A stretch of DNA of 64,000 bases from Bacteroidia bacterium (GTDB lineage: Bacteria; Bacteroidota; Bacteroidia; M30B66): contig OZ257142.1 of assembly GCA_965279035.1 (NCBI GenBank), positions 2,144,001 through 2,208,000 on the forward strand, in the 5' to 3' direction. Both the position numbers and the translations under genes were made by a program. Position 1 is the stretch's first letter. Each line of letters begins with the position of its first letter. The notes below the pieces were generated by a model. It was not told the origin of the DNA and searched no databases. It saw nothing but the letters and a program-made list of their open reading frames with translations. This document shows, piece by piece, positions 45,536 through 57,700 of this stretch.

Positions 45536-46653
45536 AACGACTTTTAATATCGCTTTTAATATTTGCATTTGGTTGTCAAGCACAGCAAACAGGGATAAAG
45601 TATGAAAATTCGAAACCAGCATTTCGTGTTATTGGTTTTTATCATGACAATGGTAGTGATATTGAAAAATATGAATTAGATAAACTGACTCATTTGATAT
45701 TCTGTTTTACGAATTTAAATGGAAATAAAATCCAGTTAAATAGTCTTGAAGATGATAATAAATTAAAACGTTTTGTTGCACTTAAGAAAACACATCCTCA
45801 GTTGAAAGTGCTTATCTCATTTGGTGGATGGGGTGGATGTGAAACGTGTTCGGATGTTTTCTCTTCTGATAGTGGCAGAAAAGAGTTTGCTCAATCGGTG
45901 AAGGATTTACTTGATAAATACCAAGTTGACGGAATTGATATAGACTGGGAAAGTCCAGTTATTGGTGGATATAAAAACCACAAAGCATCCAAAGACGACA
46001 AATCTAATTTCACTGCTCTAATTAAAGAATTACGAAAAACTCTTCCAGCAAATCGCGAAATCTGCTTTGATGCAAATTCCTTCCAAGAATTCTTGGATTT
46101 ATCTATCGATTGGAAAGAAGTAATGCCTTTGGTCGATTTTGTGAATCTGATGACTTATGGTTTACCTAGCAATGGACGTGGACAAACCGGACATCATACG
46201 GCATTATATTCATCTCCCAATCAGGAAGAGAGTATCGATAAGGCAATAAAGACTTTCGATAGTTTAAATGTTCCTATGAACAAATTAATTATTGGAGCAG
46301 CATTTTATTCTTTTGTTGCTGAAAATGTCGATAGTATCAACAATGGTTTAGGGCGAATTGGTAAGTTTAAAGCCAATGTGAATTATAGTAAATTTATAGA
46401 ATCCTACACCGAAAAAGAGGGTTATATTTTCTATTGGGACAGTATCGCACAAGCTCCCTATTTGTATAACAATCAGCTTAAAACATTTGTCACTTACGAT
46501 GATAAACGATCGGTAGCTTTCAAAACAAAGTACGCACTGGATATGGATTTGGGTGGAATTATGTTTTGGAAATTGAATGGTGATACATATAGCAATGGGT
46601 TGTTAGATGCGATTGATAAGGAGGTTAAAAAAAATGATATTAATAGGAATTGA
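45532..46653 (+). CDS. Glycoside hydrolase family 18 (chitinase-like), probable lipoprotein
   Basis: LTHLIFCF, KVLISFGGWGG, DGIDIDWE (intact DxDxE), NLMTY, FVTYDD..S, GGIMFW. Lipobox-like FAFG-C. ATGA overlap with the MBL gene. Confidence 0.93.
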   Translation: MKRLLISLLIFAFGCQAQQTGIKYENSKPAFRVIGFYHDNGSDIEKYELDKLTHLIFCFTNLNGNKIQLNSLEDDNKLKRFVALKKTHPQLKVLISFGGWGGCETCSDVFSSDSGRKEFAQSVKDLLDKYQVDGIDIDWESPVIGGYKNHKASKDDKSNFTALIKELRKTLPANREICFDANSFQEFLDLSIDWKEVMPLVDFVNLMTYGLPSNGRGQTGHHTALYSSPNQEESIDKAIKTFDSLNVPMNKLIIGAAFYSFVAENVDSINNGLGRIGKFKANVNYSKFIESYTEKEGYIFYWDSIAQAPYLYNNQLKTFVTYDDKRSVAFKTKYALDMDLGGIMFWKLNGDTYSNGLLDAIDKEVKKNDINRN

Positions 46654-46691
46654 GTTCTAATTAACATCTAATTCAACCATTAACTAAATAC

Positions 46692-48728
46692 TTAATGACT
46701 TACTATAACCTTTTTAATTATTGATGATTGAGGTGTATAAATCTTTAGAAAATAAATGCCATTCGCCAAGTCGGCTGTTGAAATTGAAAAAGAAGTAGAT
46801 TCAATTGTTCGATTATCTAATTCTAGAAGGACTTGATTATACAGGGTTATACGTTCAATTTGAATATCAGAGCGAATGAAAAGTTCGTTTGAAACAGGAT
46901 TTGGATAAACACTTACATCCGATTGTGAAGTTGATAGTTGAACTATTCCAGTTAAATTAATCGTTGATAATTTCCAAACACCTAAATTGAGTAATCCAAT
47001 ATAAAGATTTGTTGAATCTGCAGCTAATGGAGCTGAAAATGGAGGAAGGGAAAAAGGTGCATTATAGTATGGTAATGAAACCCAAGTTAGACCATCATCG
47101 GTCGAATATTTAGTATTAGTATAAATGGCATTTGTAGTTACAGCTAGTTTTTGAGTTATGATAGAAGAAATATTCGTCCAATTATTTCCGCTATCTATGC
47201 TTAAATAAATACCTGTACTAGTACAAGCATATAATTTATTTGCCAGTGATTTTAAGCAATATACTTGAGAAGTAGCAATTGAATTACTCGTTGTATTCCA
47301 AGTAGCACCACTATCGGTTGAAACTATTAATCCTGAGTTGGTTCCTACAAATAAATTCTCTCCTTGATATTCGATTGTATTGTACGTTAAACCGCTTATT
47401 CCCGTTGAAACTGTAGTCCATGATGTTCCTAATGTGGTAGATTTATTTATTCCATTTTCGGTCAAGGCAAATACTTTATTCCCCATTAATTTAATACATG
47501 AAACAGAATATCCCGACATACCATTTCCAAAAATATTCCATGTTAAACCTCTATCTATTGAGCGATAAACACGATTCTCTATCGTACCTATGAAGACAAG
47601 CGAATCCTTAATTTCAATGGACTGAGCAGCATCTTTTCGGAAATATTGATTGGAATAGGAAACTTCATCCCATGTATTTCCATGATCATGTGAAATAAAT
47701 GTTCCGCCTTCTGAGCCAGCAATAATCATATCACCATCCACTTTAAATTCAATGATATTGGAATTGATTATGCCTGAGTTGGATCTTGTCCAGCTTTGTC
47801 CTGAATTGTCTGAAAAATAATTCCCTCCTCGATAATTGTAAAATACAGTATGCTCATAGCTACTGGCAAATAGTCGATTATTTAGTTTATAGATAGTTTC
47901 AATAGAGCGATTTAGAGGTTCCATTGTTAACGTCCAATTTGCTCCATTATCATTAGAAATTGCAATTCCATTTGATGTTGCACCGAAAATGATATTTCCA
48001 CTAAACTCAAATTTTGTAATGATCATTCCACTCAAAAGTCCATTACCTGAATAGGTCCAAGAAGAACCATTATTGGTTGATTTATACACTTCATCATTAT
48101 ATAAACAAACGAAAATGGAATTCCCATCTGTGCCCATTCCATAAATATTAGTGGTTGGTAATCCTGTATTTAAACTTGTCCAAGTAGTTCCATTGTCAGA
48201 GGAACGTTTTAATCCATCAAGAGTATTACAGCAATAAAGATTGTTATTCTTAATAAATAAGCCAGAAATATAACTCGATGGAGTAGCAGAATAATTAGTG
48301 AGCGACCAACTTTCTCCCCAATCTGTCGATTTATATAGCGTATTACTTAAAGCGAGATAGGTTGTTGTTCCTGCAATTAAAATTCGGTAACAACTTAAAG
48401 CTGTTAAACCATTGTTTTTCACTTCCCATGTATCACCGTTATCGTTTGAAACATACACACCATTGCTTGTCGCTGCGATTAGGTGTCCATTACTAAATGC
48501 TAAATCTGCGATATAGGCACTGAGCATCCCATTGTTTGAACTTTGCCAAGAAACACCATTATCAGATGATTTATATACACCCGCACCATAAGTACCACAA
48601 AACAGAAATTGTGGGCTTGAGGTATAACATAGAATGGCTCCCGTTTGTGGACCGCCGGTTTGTGTCCATTGACAAAATGCTTGAACATGAAAGAACACAT
48701 AACAAATAAATACGATCAGCTTTTTCAT
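46692..48728 (-). CDS. T9SS type A sorting domain protein with BNR/Asp-box beta-propeller repeats
   Basis: Many S.D.G..W Asp-box motifs; C-terminal VYPNPVSN...LANGIYFLKI...KKVIV. Confidence 0.9.
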   Translation of the reverse strand: MKKLIVFICYVFFHVQAFCQWTQTGGPQTGAILCYTSSPQFLFCGTYGAGVYKSSDNGVSWQSSNNGMLSAYIADLAFSNGHLIAATSNGVYVSNDNGDTWEVKNNGLTALSCYRILIAGTTTYLALSNTLYKSTDWGESWSLTNYSATPSSYISGLFIKNNNLYCCNTLDGLKRSSDNGTTWTSLNTGLPTTNIYGMGTDGNSIFVCLYNDEVYKSTNNGSSWTYSGNGLLSGMIITKFEFSGNIIFGATSNGIAISNDNGANWTLTMEPLNRSIETIYKLNNRLFASSYEHTVFYNYRGGNYFSDNSGQSWTRSNSGIINSNIIEFKVDGDMIIAGSEGGTFISHDHGNTWDEVSYSNQYFRKDAAQSIEIKDSLVFIGTIENRVYRSIDRGLTWNIFGNGMSGYSVSCIKLMGNKVFALTENGINKSTTLGTSWTTVSTGISGLTYNTIEYQGENLFVGTNSGLIVSTDSGATWNTTSNSIATSQVYCLKSLANKLYACTSTGIYLSIDSGNNWTNISSIITQKLAVTTNAIYTNTKYSTDDGLTWVSLPYYNAPFSLPPFSAPLAADSTNLYIGLLNLGVWKLSTINLTGIVQLSTSQSDVSVYPNPVSNELFIRSDIQIERITLYNQVLLELDNRTIESTSFSISTADLANGIYFLKIYTPQSSIIKKVIVSH

Positions 48729-48954
48729 TAGTGAAACGTTATACTAGTTGAATGACGAAAATAACTGATTCATTGAATAATAAATACAATTGTTAGGTGA
48801 AATAGTAAAATTTAATCTTAGATCCTTAATTGAGATATTACATTTTATACTTCTCAAGAATACCCGAAAATACTATTAAAATAAAATCTGCTTTTCATGC
48901 ATATTTAATTCTCATTCCCAATAAATAGCTCGACTTTTACCTTTTAAAGGAATA

Positions 48955-51375
48955 ATGCTCTCTATGCGTTTAATATCGATGTTGTTGATTTTGGTGGGTG
49001 TTGGTTTAGGTATGGAATGTACTGCTCAAACAAAACGTATTACATTATCTGGTATAACTCACGATCAAGAAACGCATAAACCTTTGGCCTATGTGAATGT
49101 GGTGTTGAAATCGGGTAATGATAGTCTATTTATTACGGGTGGATTGAGTAATGAAGATGGTCAATTTAGTTTATCCTCTTTAAGCCCGGGAAATTATTAC
49201 TTAGAATTCACTCTTATTGGATATCATTCTATTAAGAAGCCTTATTTTATCGGAAGCCTTTCGGATTATTTAGATTTCGGAACAATCGAATTATCGGCGA
49301 ATGTTCGTTCGTTAAAAGAAGTTGAAATATCTGCGAAGCAAGATGAAGTAAGTTCAACATTGGATAAGAAATCCTATTCAGTGAGCGAAAATATCAGTCA
49401 GGCAGGTGGATCTGTTTTGCAAACGATGCAGAATTTACCTGGGGTTACAGTTCAGGATGGAAAGGTGCAATTGCGTGGAAACGATAAGGTAACGGTATTG
49501 ATTGATGGGAAGCAAACAGCGTTGACAGGATTTGGTAGTCAAACTGGCTTGGATAATTTACCTTCATCCTCCATCGAAAAGATTGAAATCATTCAAAATC
49601 CATCTTCTAAATACGATGCGAATGGAAATGCGGGGATTATCAATATTATTTTGAAGAAATCGAATCAAGATGGTTTTTCAGGAAAAATTGGTTTTTCAAC
49701 GGGGGCTGGTGCTTTTTGGGTGAAGAAAGAGAATTTACCGACAATTCGTCCTCAATATCAATTCACTCCCAAATACAATCCTTCTGTTTCATTGAATTAC
49801 CGGAAAAAGAAAATCAATGCGTTTTTACAAGTCGATAATTTGTACACACATACCTTAAATAAAAATGAATTTGTAACTCGTACATACGACGATGGAACAA
49901 TCATCAATCAACAATTAAAACGAAATCGAAACACCAATTTTTTTAATTCTAAAATCGGCTTGGATTGGAATATCAATGCACATAATTCATTTTCAATTTC
50001 GGGATTATTTGGGACAGAAAAAATTCTGGATCATGGCGATGAACCCTTTTTCAATACGAATACTTCGGAACGAATACGCTTATGGCAGTTTTTAGAAGAT
50101 GAATTAAAGACAACGGTGATGGCTACTGCTGCGTATCAACATAAATTCAAACAAGCTGGACATTTAATCAATGTAGGCTTGAATTATACGTTTCATCGAG
50201 AGGATGAGAAATATTACTTCGACAATATTTTACCAAGCTATGCGGGGAAAGATGCTTTTAAATTGCTTTCGGATGAAAAGGTAGCTGACTTCAATTTCGA
50301 TTATATAAAGCCTTTGAAATATGGACGCATTGAAACTGGAGTTAAATTGAGAAGGCGAACCATTCCAACCAATATGCAGTTTTTTCCTGGATTGAATTCT
50401 CCGCTTGATACCAATGCAGGTGGATGGGCTACTTATAAAGAAACGATTCCTGCTTTGTATGGAAATTATGTATTTGAAAATAAACGTTGGGAAGCAGAAT
50501 TAGGAATTCGATATGAATATGTGGTATTGCATTATGAAGTAAATCCAGAGCATAATACCTATAAAAGCAATGGATATAATTATTCTCAACCATTTCCGAA
50601 TCTTCGCTTGGGGTATAAAATTAATGATCGTAACAAGCTATCAGTATTTTACAATCGACGAGTAGATCGTCCGAACGAAGTGGATATTCGGATATTTCCT
50701 AAATACGATGATGCTGAAATTATTAAAGTTGGAAATCCAGCTTTAAAGCCTCAGTTTACTCAATCGCTCGAGATGGCTTATAAAAGCTCATGGGATAAAG
50801 GATATGTCTATATATCGGCTTATCAACGCAATGTTCAGGGTACGATCACGCGTATTTCGAGTATTGCTCCCAATAGCAGTTTCATTTACGCTATTTTTCA
50901 AAATGCAGGAAAGAGTTATACCAGTGGTTTAGAACTCATATTATCGCATGAATTAACGAAATGGTATTCATTTAATTTAAGCATGAATGCCTATCATAAT
51001 CAGATTGATGCTTTTACGGTTGAAAATAAATATCCGGTAACAAGTTTATTTACTGCTGCGAAACAAGAAATTATTTCAGGGAATGTAAAATTGAATTCAA
51101 CATTTCATTTTGCCAAGAAACTCGATGCACAACTAAGTGCTGTTTATTTAGCACCTGATATCATTCCTCAAGGCAAGATTGCACAACGTTTTTCGCTCGA
51201 TTTAGGCATTAAGAAAACGATTCAAAAGGGGAGAGGTGTTTTGTTTTTAAATGCTACAGATGTATTAAATACCTTAATTATCAAAAAACAAATTCAAGGT
51301 CAAGGATTTCGTTATACGAGCAGCGATTATTATGAAACGCAAGTTGTTCGGTTGGGATATACGTATTCTCTTTAA
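48955..51375 (+). CDS. TonB-dependent receptor / outer-membrane beta-barrel protein with N-terminal carboxypeptidase-regulatory-like domain
   Basis: PLAYVNVVL, GQFSL, plug motifs LPGVTV, LRG, VLIDGK and IEKIEIIQNPSSKYDANG.AGIINIILKK, GNPALKP, terminal LGYTYSL. Confidence 0.92.
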   Translation: MLSMRLISMLLILVGVGLGMECTAQTKRITLSGITHDQETHKPLAYVNVVLKSGNDSLFITGGLSNEDGQFSLSSLSPGNYYLEFTLIGYHSIKKPYFIGSLSDYLDFGTIELSANVRSLKEVEISAKQDEVSSTLDKKSYSVSENISQAGGSVLQTMQNLPGVTVQDGKVQLRGNDKVTVLIDGKQTALTGFGSQTGLDNLPSSSIEKIEIIQNPSSKYDANGNAGIINIILKKSNQDGFSGKIGFSTGAGAFWVKKENLPTIRPQYQFTPKYNPSVSLNYRKKKINAFLQVDNLYTHTLNKNEFVTRTYDDGTIINQQLKRNRNTNFFNSKIGLDWNINAHNSFSISGLFGTEKILDHGDEPFFNTNTSERIRLWQFLEDELKTTVMATAAYQHKFKQAGHLINVGLNYTFHREDEKYYFDNILPSYAGKDAFKLLSDEKVADFNFDYIKPLKYGRIETGVKLRRRTIPTNMQFFPGLNSPLDTNAGGWATYKETIPALYGNYVFENKRWEAELGIRYEYVVLHYEVNPEHNTYKSNGYNYSQPFPNLRLGYKINDRNKLSVFYNRRVDRPNEVDIRIFPKYDDAEIIKVGNPALKPQFTQSLEMAYKSSWDKGYVYISAYQRNVQGTITRISSIAPNSSFIYAIFQNAGKSYTSGLELILSHELTKWYSFNLSMNAYHNQIDAFTVENKYPVTSLFTAAKQEIISGNVKLNSTFHFAKKLDAQLSAVYLAPDIIPQGKIAQRFSLDLGIKKTIQKGRGVLFLNATDVLNTLIIKKQIQGQGFRYTSSDYYETQVVRLGYTYSL

Positions 51376-51552
51376 AAATGTATTGTTGATTATTAATTTG
51401 AATTTAGGATTTAGGAGTCGTTTAATAAATTTTCTATTTATTCGGAAATATATTTTTACAAGAATATTCAAGATCGTTTAGGTTAATATTCAATATGTAG
51501 GTTATTCTTTTTTATAGAAATCAAAATTGGGTCAACCGAAATTTAGTATTAA

Positions 51553-51678
51553 TAACATACTGAAACTGAATAACATTCAACTGATGTTTAATTAACCAAA
51601 TCATAACTCTTTTAACATTCAAATGATTTTAACATCATAGTTTAACGAGCTTTAAGTTATACTGTAAAATCAATTTTG
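51553..51678 (+). promoter_or_regulatory. Cluster of (T)TAAC direct repeats upstream of the 3237-aa gene
   Basis: TAAC at 51553, 51571, 51593, 51604, 51613, 51630 and 51643 (some spacings 11 or 22 bp), then a -7-like CAATTTTG at 51671-51678. Confidence 0.4.
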
Positions 51679-51757
51679 CATTGCAAATCAATCTCATGCT
51701 TTTATAACCAATAATTCTAGGTTATAAAAGAATGGAAATGAAATAAAGCTCTGCAAA

Positions 51758-54700
51758 ATGAAAAAACAACTTGTATTTATTTTAATCGTGCTTTTGGGGA
51801 AGGTCAATGCTCAAACAATATCTTGGGCTAATACAGGAGCTTCAACTGCATGGTACACAGCAGCTAATTGGTCTCCTTCAACAGCATCAGGAGCTTGGAC
51901 AAGTGGTAAACTCGCTCAGTTTAATAATAATGGAAGTGCTACGACTGCTGGTATAAACATGGGAACTTCTTTTCTTTCCCTTGGAGCGATTGAAGTACTA
52001 TCATCACGGTCGCGAATATTAACCATTGGTAATTCTTCGGGCACTACAGGAACTCTTACTTTCAATGGGATGACTGTAAATGGTGTCACTAATACTATAT
52101 TAACAAATGCTTCTAGTTTCGATTTAACCCTTCAAAATAATGAAACAGGAACGGGTAAAATCATGAATATTACTTTAGCTAATGCAACTGAAAATGTAAT
52201 TAATATTGATGGAAGTGGAGGAATAGTAATTAGTTCATTAATTGGCAGTAGTGCTGTTGGAAGGTTAACCAAATCGGGCTTGGGTTCAGGGGTTTTAACA
52301 TTATCAACTGGAAATACATATACAGGAAAAACATTAATCCTTACTGGATTTATAAATACATCAGGTGAAAGTGCATTTGGCGCAAATCCAGGAGCATTTA
52401 CTTCAGATCAACTAACTTTAAATGGGGGAGGGATTGCATCAACTGCTGGCGCATTGAATTTCAGTAGCAATCGTGGAATTACTTTGGGCGCAAGTGGTGG
52501 AACCTTTTTTACAAATGGAAATAATATAACATTAACGAATGTTGTAACCGGATCTGGTGCATTAAACAAAACAGGAACGAGTACACTTATTCTTGCTGCT
52601 ATTAATACATATACAGGAGCCACTTCAGTTCAATCTGGAACATTGCAATTGAACGCTGCAAATACATTTCCTGATATTAGTGCTTTATCACTTTCGGCAA
52701 GCTCAACATTCGATTTAAAAGGATTTAGCGAGACCATTGGTTCATTAGCCAGTGCAGGAACAGTAACAAGTTCAGCAGCTGGAACAATCACATTAACCTT
52801 AGGAGGAAATAATTCAAATACTAGCTATTCAGGAATCATTCAAAATGGTTCTGCAACATCTGTTAGTCTTACAAAAACAGGAACCGGAACCTTCACTATT
52901 TCAGGAGCAAACACATATACTGGTACTACAACAATTACTGCAGGGGCAATACAATTATCAAATAATGAACGCATCGCTAATTCAAGTAATCTTATTTTAA
53001 ATGGTGGAACTTTAAGTTCAGGTGCAACTACTGGATATTCAGAAACACTCGGAACTTTAAATTTAAATGCAAATTCCAATATTGCTCTTGGAACTGGAAA
53101 TCATACTATCACTTTTTCAAATAGCAGTGCAGTTTCATGGGCTGGTTCCAATTTAACAATTACAGGATGGTCTGGAACAGCTGGATCTTCTGGAACTGCA
53201 GGAAAAATAGTTGTTGGAGCTGGAGGTTTGACAGCAGGACAATTAGCAAAAATTTCTTTTTCTGGATATCCTGGAACAGCAATTATTGTTGGAGGTGAAG
53301 TCGTGCCTCAAGCAGTATTATGTACGGCTCCAAGTATCCAATCATCTGCCATTAGTTTTTCTTCTATTGGTACTACTAGTTTTGATGTTAATTGGACGAA
53401 CGGAAATGGTGCTGGACGAGTAGTTAAGATCAATAGCAGTAATTCTTTTACTACACCTTCAACTGGCTCTAATCCTAGTGCTTCTTTAATTTGGGCAAAT
53501 GCAGGTGAGCAAGTAGTTTTTAATGGTACTGGATCTGGGCCAATAACAATTACTGGATTATCTGCCTCTACAACATATTATATCCAAGTATTTGAGTTTT
53601 GTAATCCTGATCGAGTGTATCAATCTGCAACAGCGACTAACAATCCCAATAGTCAAATTACGAATGCTGCTGCTACACCAACCTTGTCTGCAAGTTCATT
53701 AACATCTTTTGGAACACAATGTATCAATGGAACATTTGGTCCCAATTCATTTACTATTACTGGTTCTGCATTAACGAGTGCAAATGTGCTAGTAAATAGT
53801 ATTTCAGGATTCGAATTTTGCACAACAGCTGGAGGTTCTTATACTTCTTCTTTGTCTTTATCTCAATCAGGAGGTGCTTATTCTCAAACCATTTACGTTC
53901 GTTTCATTCCAACATCAGCAATTTCATATTCTGGAAATATTTCGGTAAGTGGAGGCGGTGCGAGTTCTATTTCAGTTCCTGTCATTGGAATTGGTGAGAA
54001 TGGAACGGTTTCTATTTCCAATGTGAGTGTAACATCCATAACTGCTACATCAGCGTCTAGTGGCGGAAATTCAATCAGTACAAGCTGTGGAACGATTACA
54101 AGCAAAGGTGTTGTTTGGTCTACATCTTCTAATCCGACAATTCCTTCAGTTAATTCAACCAATGATGGAACAGGAACATCGGCATTTGTAAGTTCTCTAT
54201 CAGGCTTAAGTTCCAATTCCATTTATCATTATCGAGCATACGCAGTGAATTCAAATGGTGTTGTTTCATATGGTACCGATTTAACGTTCACTACCTTAAA
54301 AGCAGAACCGAGTAATAGTCCTACAAGTTTTGCATGTGGAGCTACAACATTAACGAGTATTCCGCTTAGTTGGGTTGATGCTACAGGAGCTACGCTTCCA
54401 GATCAATACCTCATTAAATGGAGTACAATAAGTTATGCTTCTATTATTGATCCTATTGATTTAGTTGCTGAAGGAAATACTTCAACTTCACAGAATATAG
54501 CTCAAGGAGTTCAATCATTCAGTCCAACAGGACTTTCAAATGGAACAACATATTACTTCAAAATATACCCTTATACTAATTCGGGAAGTAATGTTAACTA
54601 TAAACTTACAAGTGTTCAACAAACATCGTGTTCAACCCTATCTGCACCTTGGGAAGATTTTGAAACAGGTTCGAAAGGAGCTTATGCTACAGGAAATGTA

Positions 54701-57700
54701 ACATGTACAGCCGGTAGTTGGAATATGAATGATGCATTAATTGGAACATCTGCATCGGATAGAAAAAATGGAATCCAATCGGTTCGTGTTCAAAATTCAG
54801 GAATTGTTTCGATGAATTTTGATCTTTCAACGGGAGTAGGAACTGTAAATATTCAGCATGCTTTGTATGGATCGGATGGAAATAGTACCTGGAGATTAGA
54901 GGCTTCAACAACTAGCGGCAGTACTTGGACAGCCTACACAAGTTCAGCAATAACAACTTCTTCAACAACGCTAACAAATCAGCTTTTTACATTAAACTTA
55001 ACAGGAAATGTTCGATTTAGAATTGTTAAATTATCAGGTGGTGGAAATCGTATTAGTTTCGATGATATTTATGTCACACCATTTAATGCAGTAGTATCAA
55101 CTTCTTCAATTCCAACTTCATTTTGTGCGGGGAATGCAGTATTTAATGTTCCATTTACCTATTCTGCTACAGGAAATTTTCCAAATGGTGTTTCACTCTT
55201 TACAGCTCAATTATCGGATGCTACAGGATCTTTTTCAAGTGTAACAAACTTGCAAAATGTCATTTCAAATGCATCAGGAAGTCAATCAATTTCGATTTCA
55301 ATTCCTGGAAATATTCCTACTGGTTCGGCATATCGTATTCGTGTTATTTCGGCAAATCCATCCGTTGCAGGTAGCGACAATGGAAGTAATATTTCTATTT
55401 ATAATTCTTCTACTAGTATAGCTCCTTCTACAATCCAAAATTTAACTCCATCATCGAATGGAACTACATTAAATGTGAACGAAGGAAGCACCCCAAGTTC
55501 GAGGCAATGGAAATACGGAACTGTTTCGGGTGGTCCGTATTCAACGAATTTAGGTACATCAAGTTCTCAGATTCCGAATTTTGCTATAGCTGGAACATAT
55601 TATATCGTGTGCGAATCAACATACGGAAGTCCGTGTAGTTCAACTGTTCGAAGTAATGAAGTTCAAATCAATGTTGCTCCATTAGTACCAACATTAACTA
55701 CAACTTCAATAAGTGGAATAACAACTACAGTAGCAAATTCAGGTGGAACTATTAGTACAGATAATGGCGCTGCTGTAACTCAACGTGGTTGTGTTTGGGC
55801 TACTTCGCTAAATCCAACAATGCCTAGCGCAAATTCAACTTCAGATGGTTCTGGAATAGGAAGTTTTAGCTCTTCTTTAAGTAGCTTAAATCCTGAAACA
55901 AATTATCATGTAAGAGCTTATGCAATAAATTCGGTAGGAACTGGATATGGAGCAGATGTTTCGTTTTATACATTTTCATTACCAGTTATCAATCAAGCAA
56001 ATTTGCTTATAGCCAATGCAGTAAACTCTTCTGAAATTGATTTAAGTTGGGATGCTGCAGTATTTCCAATTAGTGGTGCAACAGTTAAAGGCTATGTTTT
56101 ATTGAGAGCAAGTGGAGCAAATATTCCAGTATTAACTTCTACTAATGGACAAGCTCCAACAGGTGATGTAAATACAACGATAGTAAGTAGCTCAATTGCT
56201 GAATTAACGACAACATTTTCTAATACTTCACTTTCATCAAATACCACTTACAATTATATCCTTATTCCATATACATGGGATGGAGTAAATGCAGCAACAA
56301 TCAATTACTTAACTTCAGGTGCACCAACATCATCGGCCACAACACCTGTTGCTTCATGCACTACACCAGGGTCAACACCTTCAAGTTTAAATACAGGAAC
56401 TCCTACAAGCAGTCAAACAACTATTTCTTGGGTGAATGGATCAGGAACAAACCGTTTAGTAATTGCATCAACTACAGCAATTACTGCTTTGCCTACAAAT
56501 GGAATAGCTTATACAGCAAGCTCTACGTTTGGTGCAGGGACAAATTTAGGTTCATTTAATTATGCTGTTTACGCGAATACTGGAAACTCATTTACATTAA
56601 GTGGATTAAGTTCTTCTACACAATATTATATTGCAGTATTTGAATATAATTCGATAGGGAATTGTTACAATACAACTCCCGTATTAGGCTCTTTTACAAC
56701 TGCTGCAGCATCTTCAATTATAGAAACATTCGAGCCAGGAACGAAGATCGCTTATGCCAATAGTAATGCAGTATGTAATTTAGGAAATTGGAATTTCAAT
56801 GATGCATTAATTGGTACAACAGCCAATGATCATAAGAATGGATTAAAGTCGGCACGAATTCAAAATAATGGTTCTATTACAATGTTGTTTAATAAAACAA
56901 ACGGAATAGGAACTATCACCTTATTTCATGCAAAATATGCAACAGATGGGAATTCAACATGGCGCTTGGATGTTTCTGATAATAGCGGAGCAACTTTCAA
57001 TGCCTATTCAAGTGCTGTTATTACTACTTCATCAACAACGTTAACAAGCGCTTCTTTTCCTATCAATATACCAGGAAATACCATGCGTGTTCGAATCACC
57101 AAATTAAGTGGTGGTGGAAATCGATTGAATATTGATGATATAGCAATTACAGATTATATTTCAGGAAACACCGTAACAACAGGAACAATAACAGGTTCAC
57201 CTTATTGTATTTCAAATACTTCAGGTGCAAGTATTAGTGTTCCATATACAGCAACTGGAGTGTTCAGTACATTGAATGTTTTTGAAGCTCAATTATCCAA
57301 TGAATTAGGAAGTTTTGCCATTCCAACTGTCATTGGAAATATTACAAGTAATGCCTTAAGTGGTACAATTTCAGCGACAATTCCTGCAGGTACACTGAAT
57401 GGTACAGCGTATCGTATTCGAGTGGTTGCAAGTGATCCTCAAATTATTGGTTCTCAAAATGGTAGTAATTTATCGGTCATATTAAATGCTCAAGATGTAA
57501 GTGGATTTTATGCAACAGTAGCTTCATCTACATCCTTGAATTTAGGTTGGACGAATCCAGGAAATTGTTTTGATGAAATTCTAATTGTAGCAAAAGCACT
57601 TTCAACAACAACAGTTTCTCCTACCGGGAATGGATCACTTTACACTGCAAATTCAGTTTTTTCTACAGGAGGATCAGGTGCGAATTTGCCAGCCAGTGAA

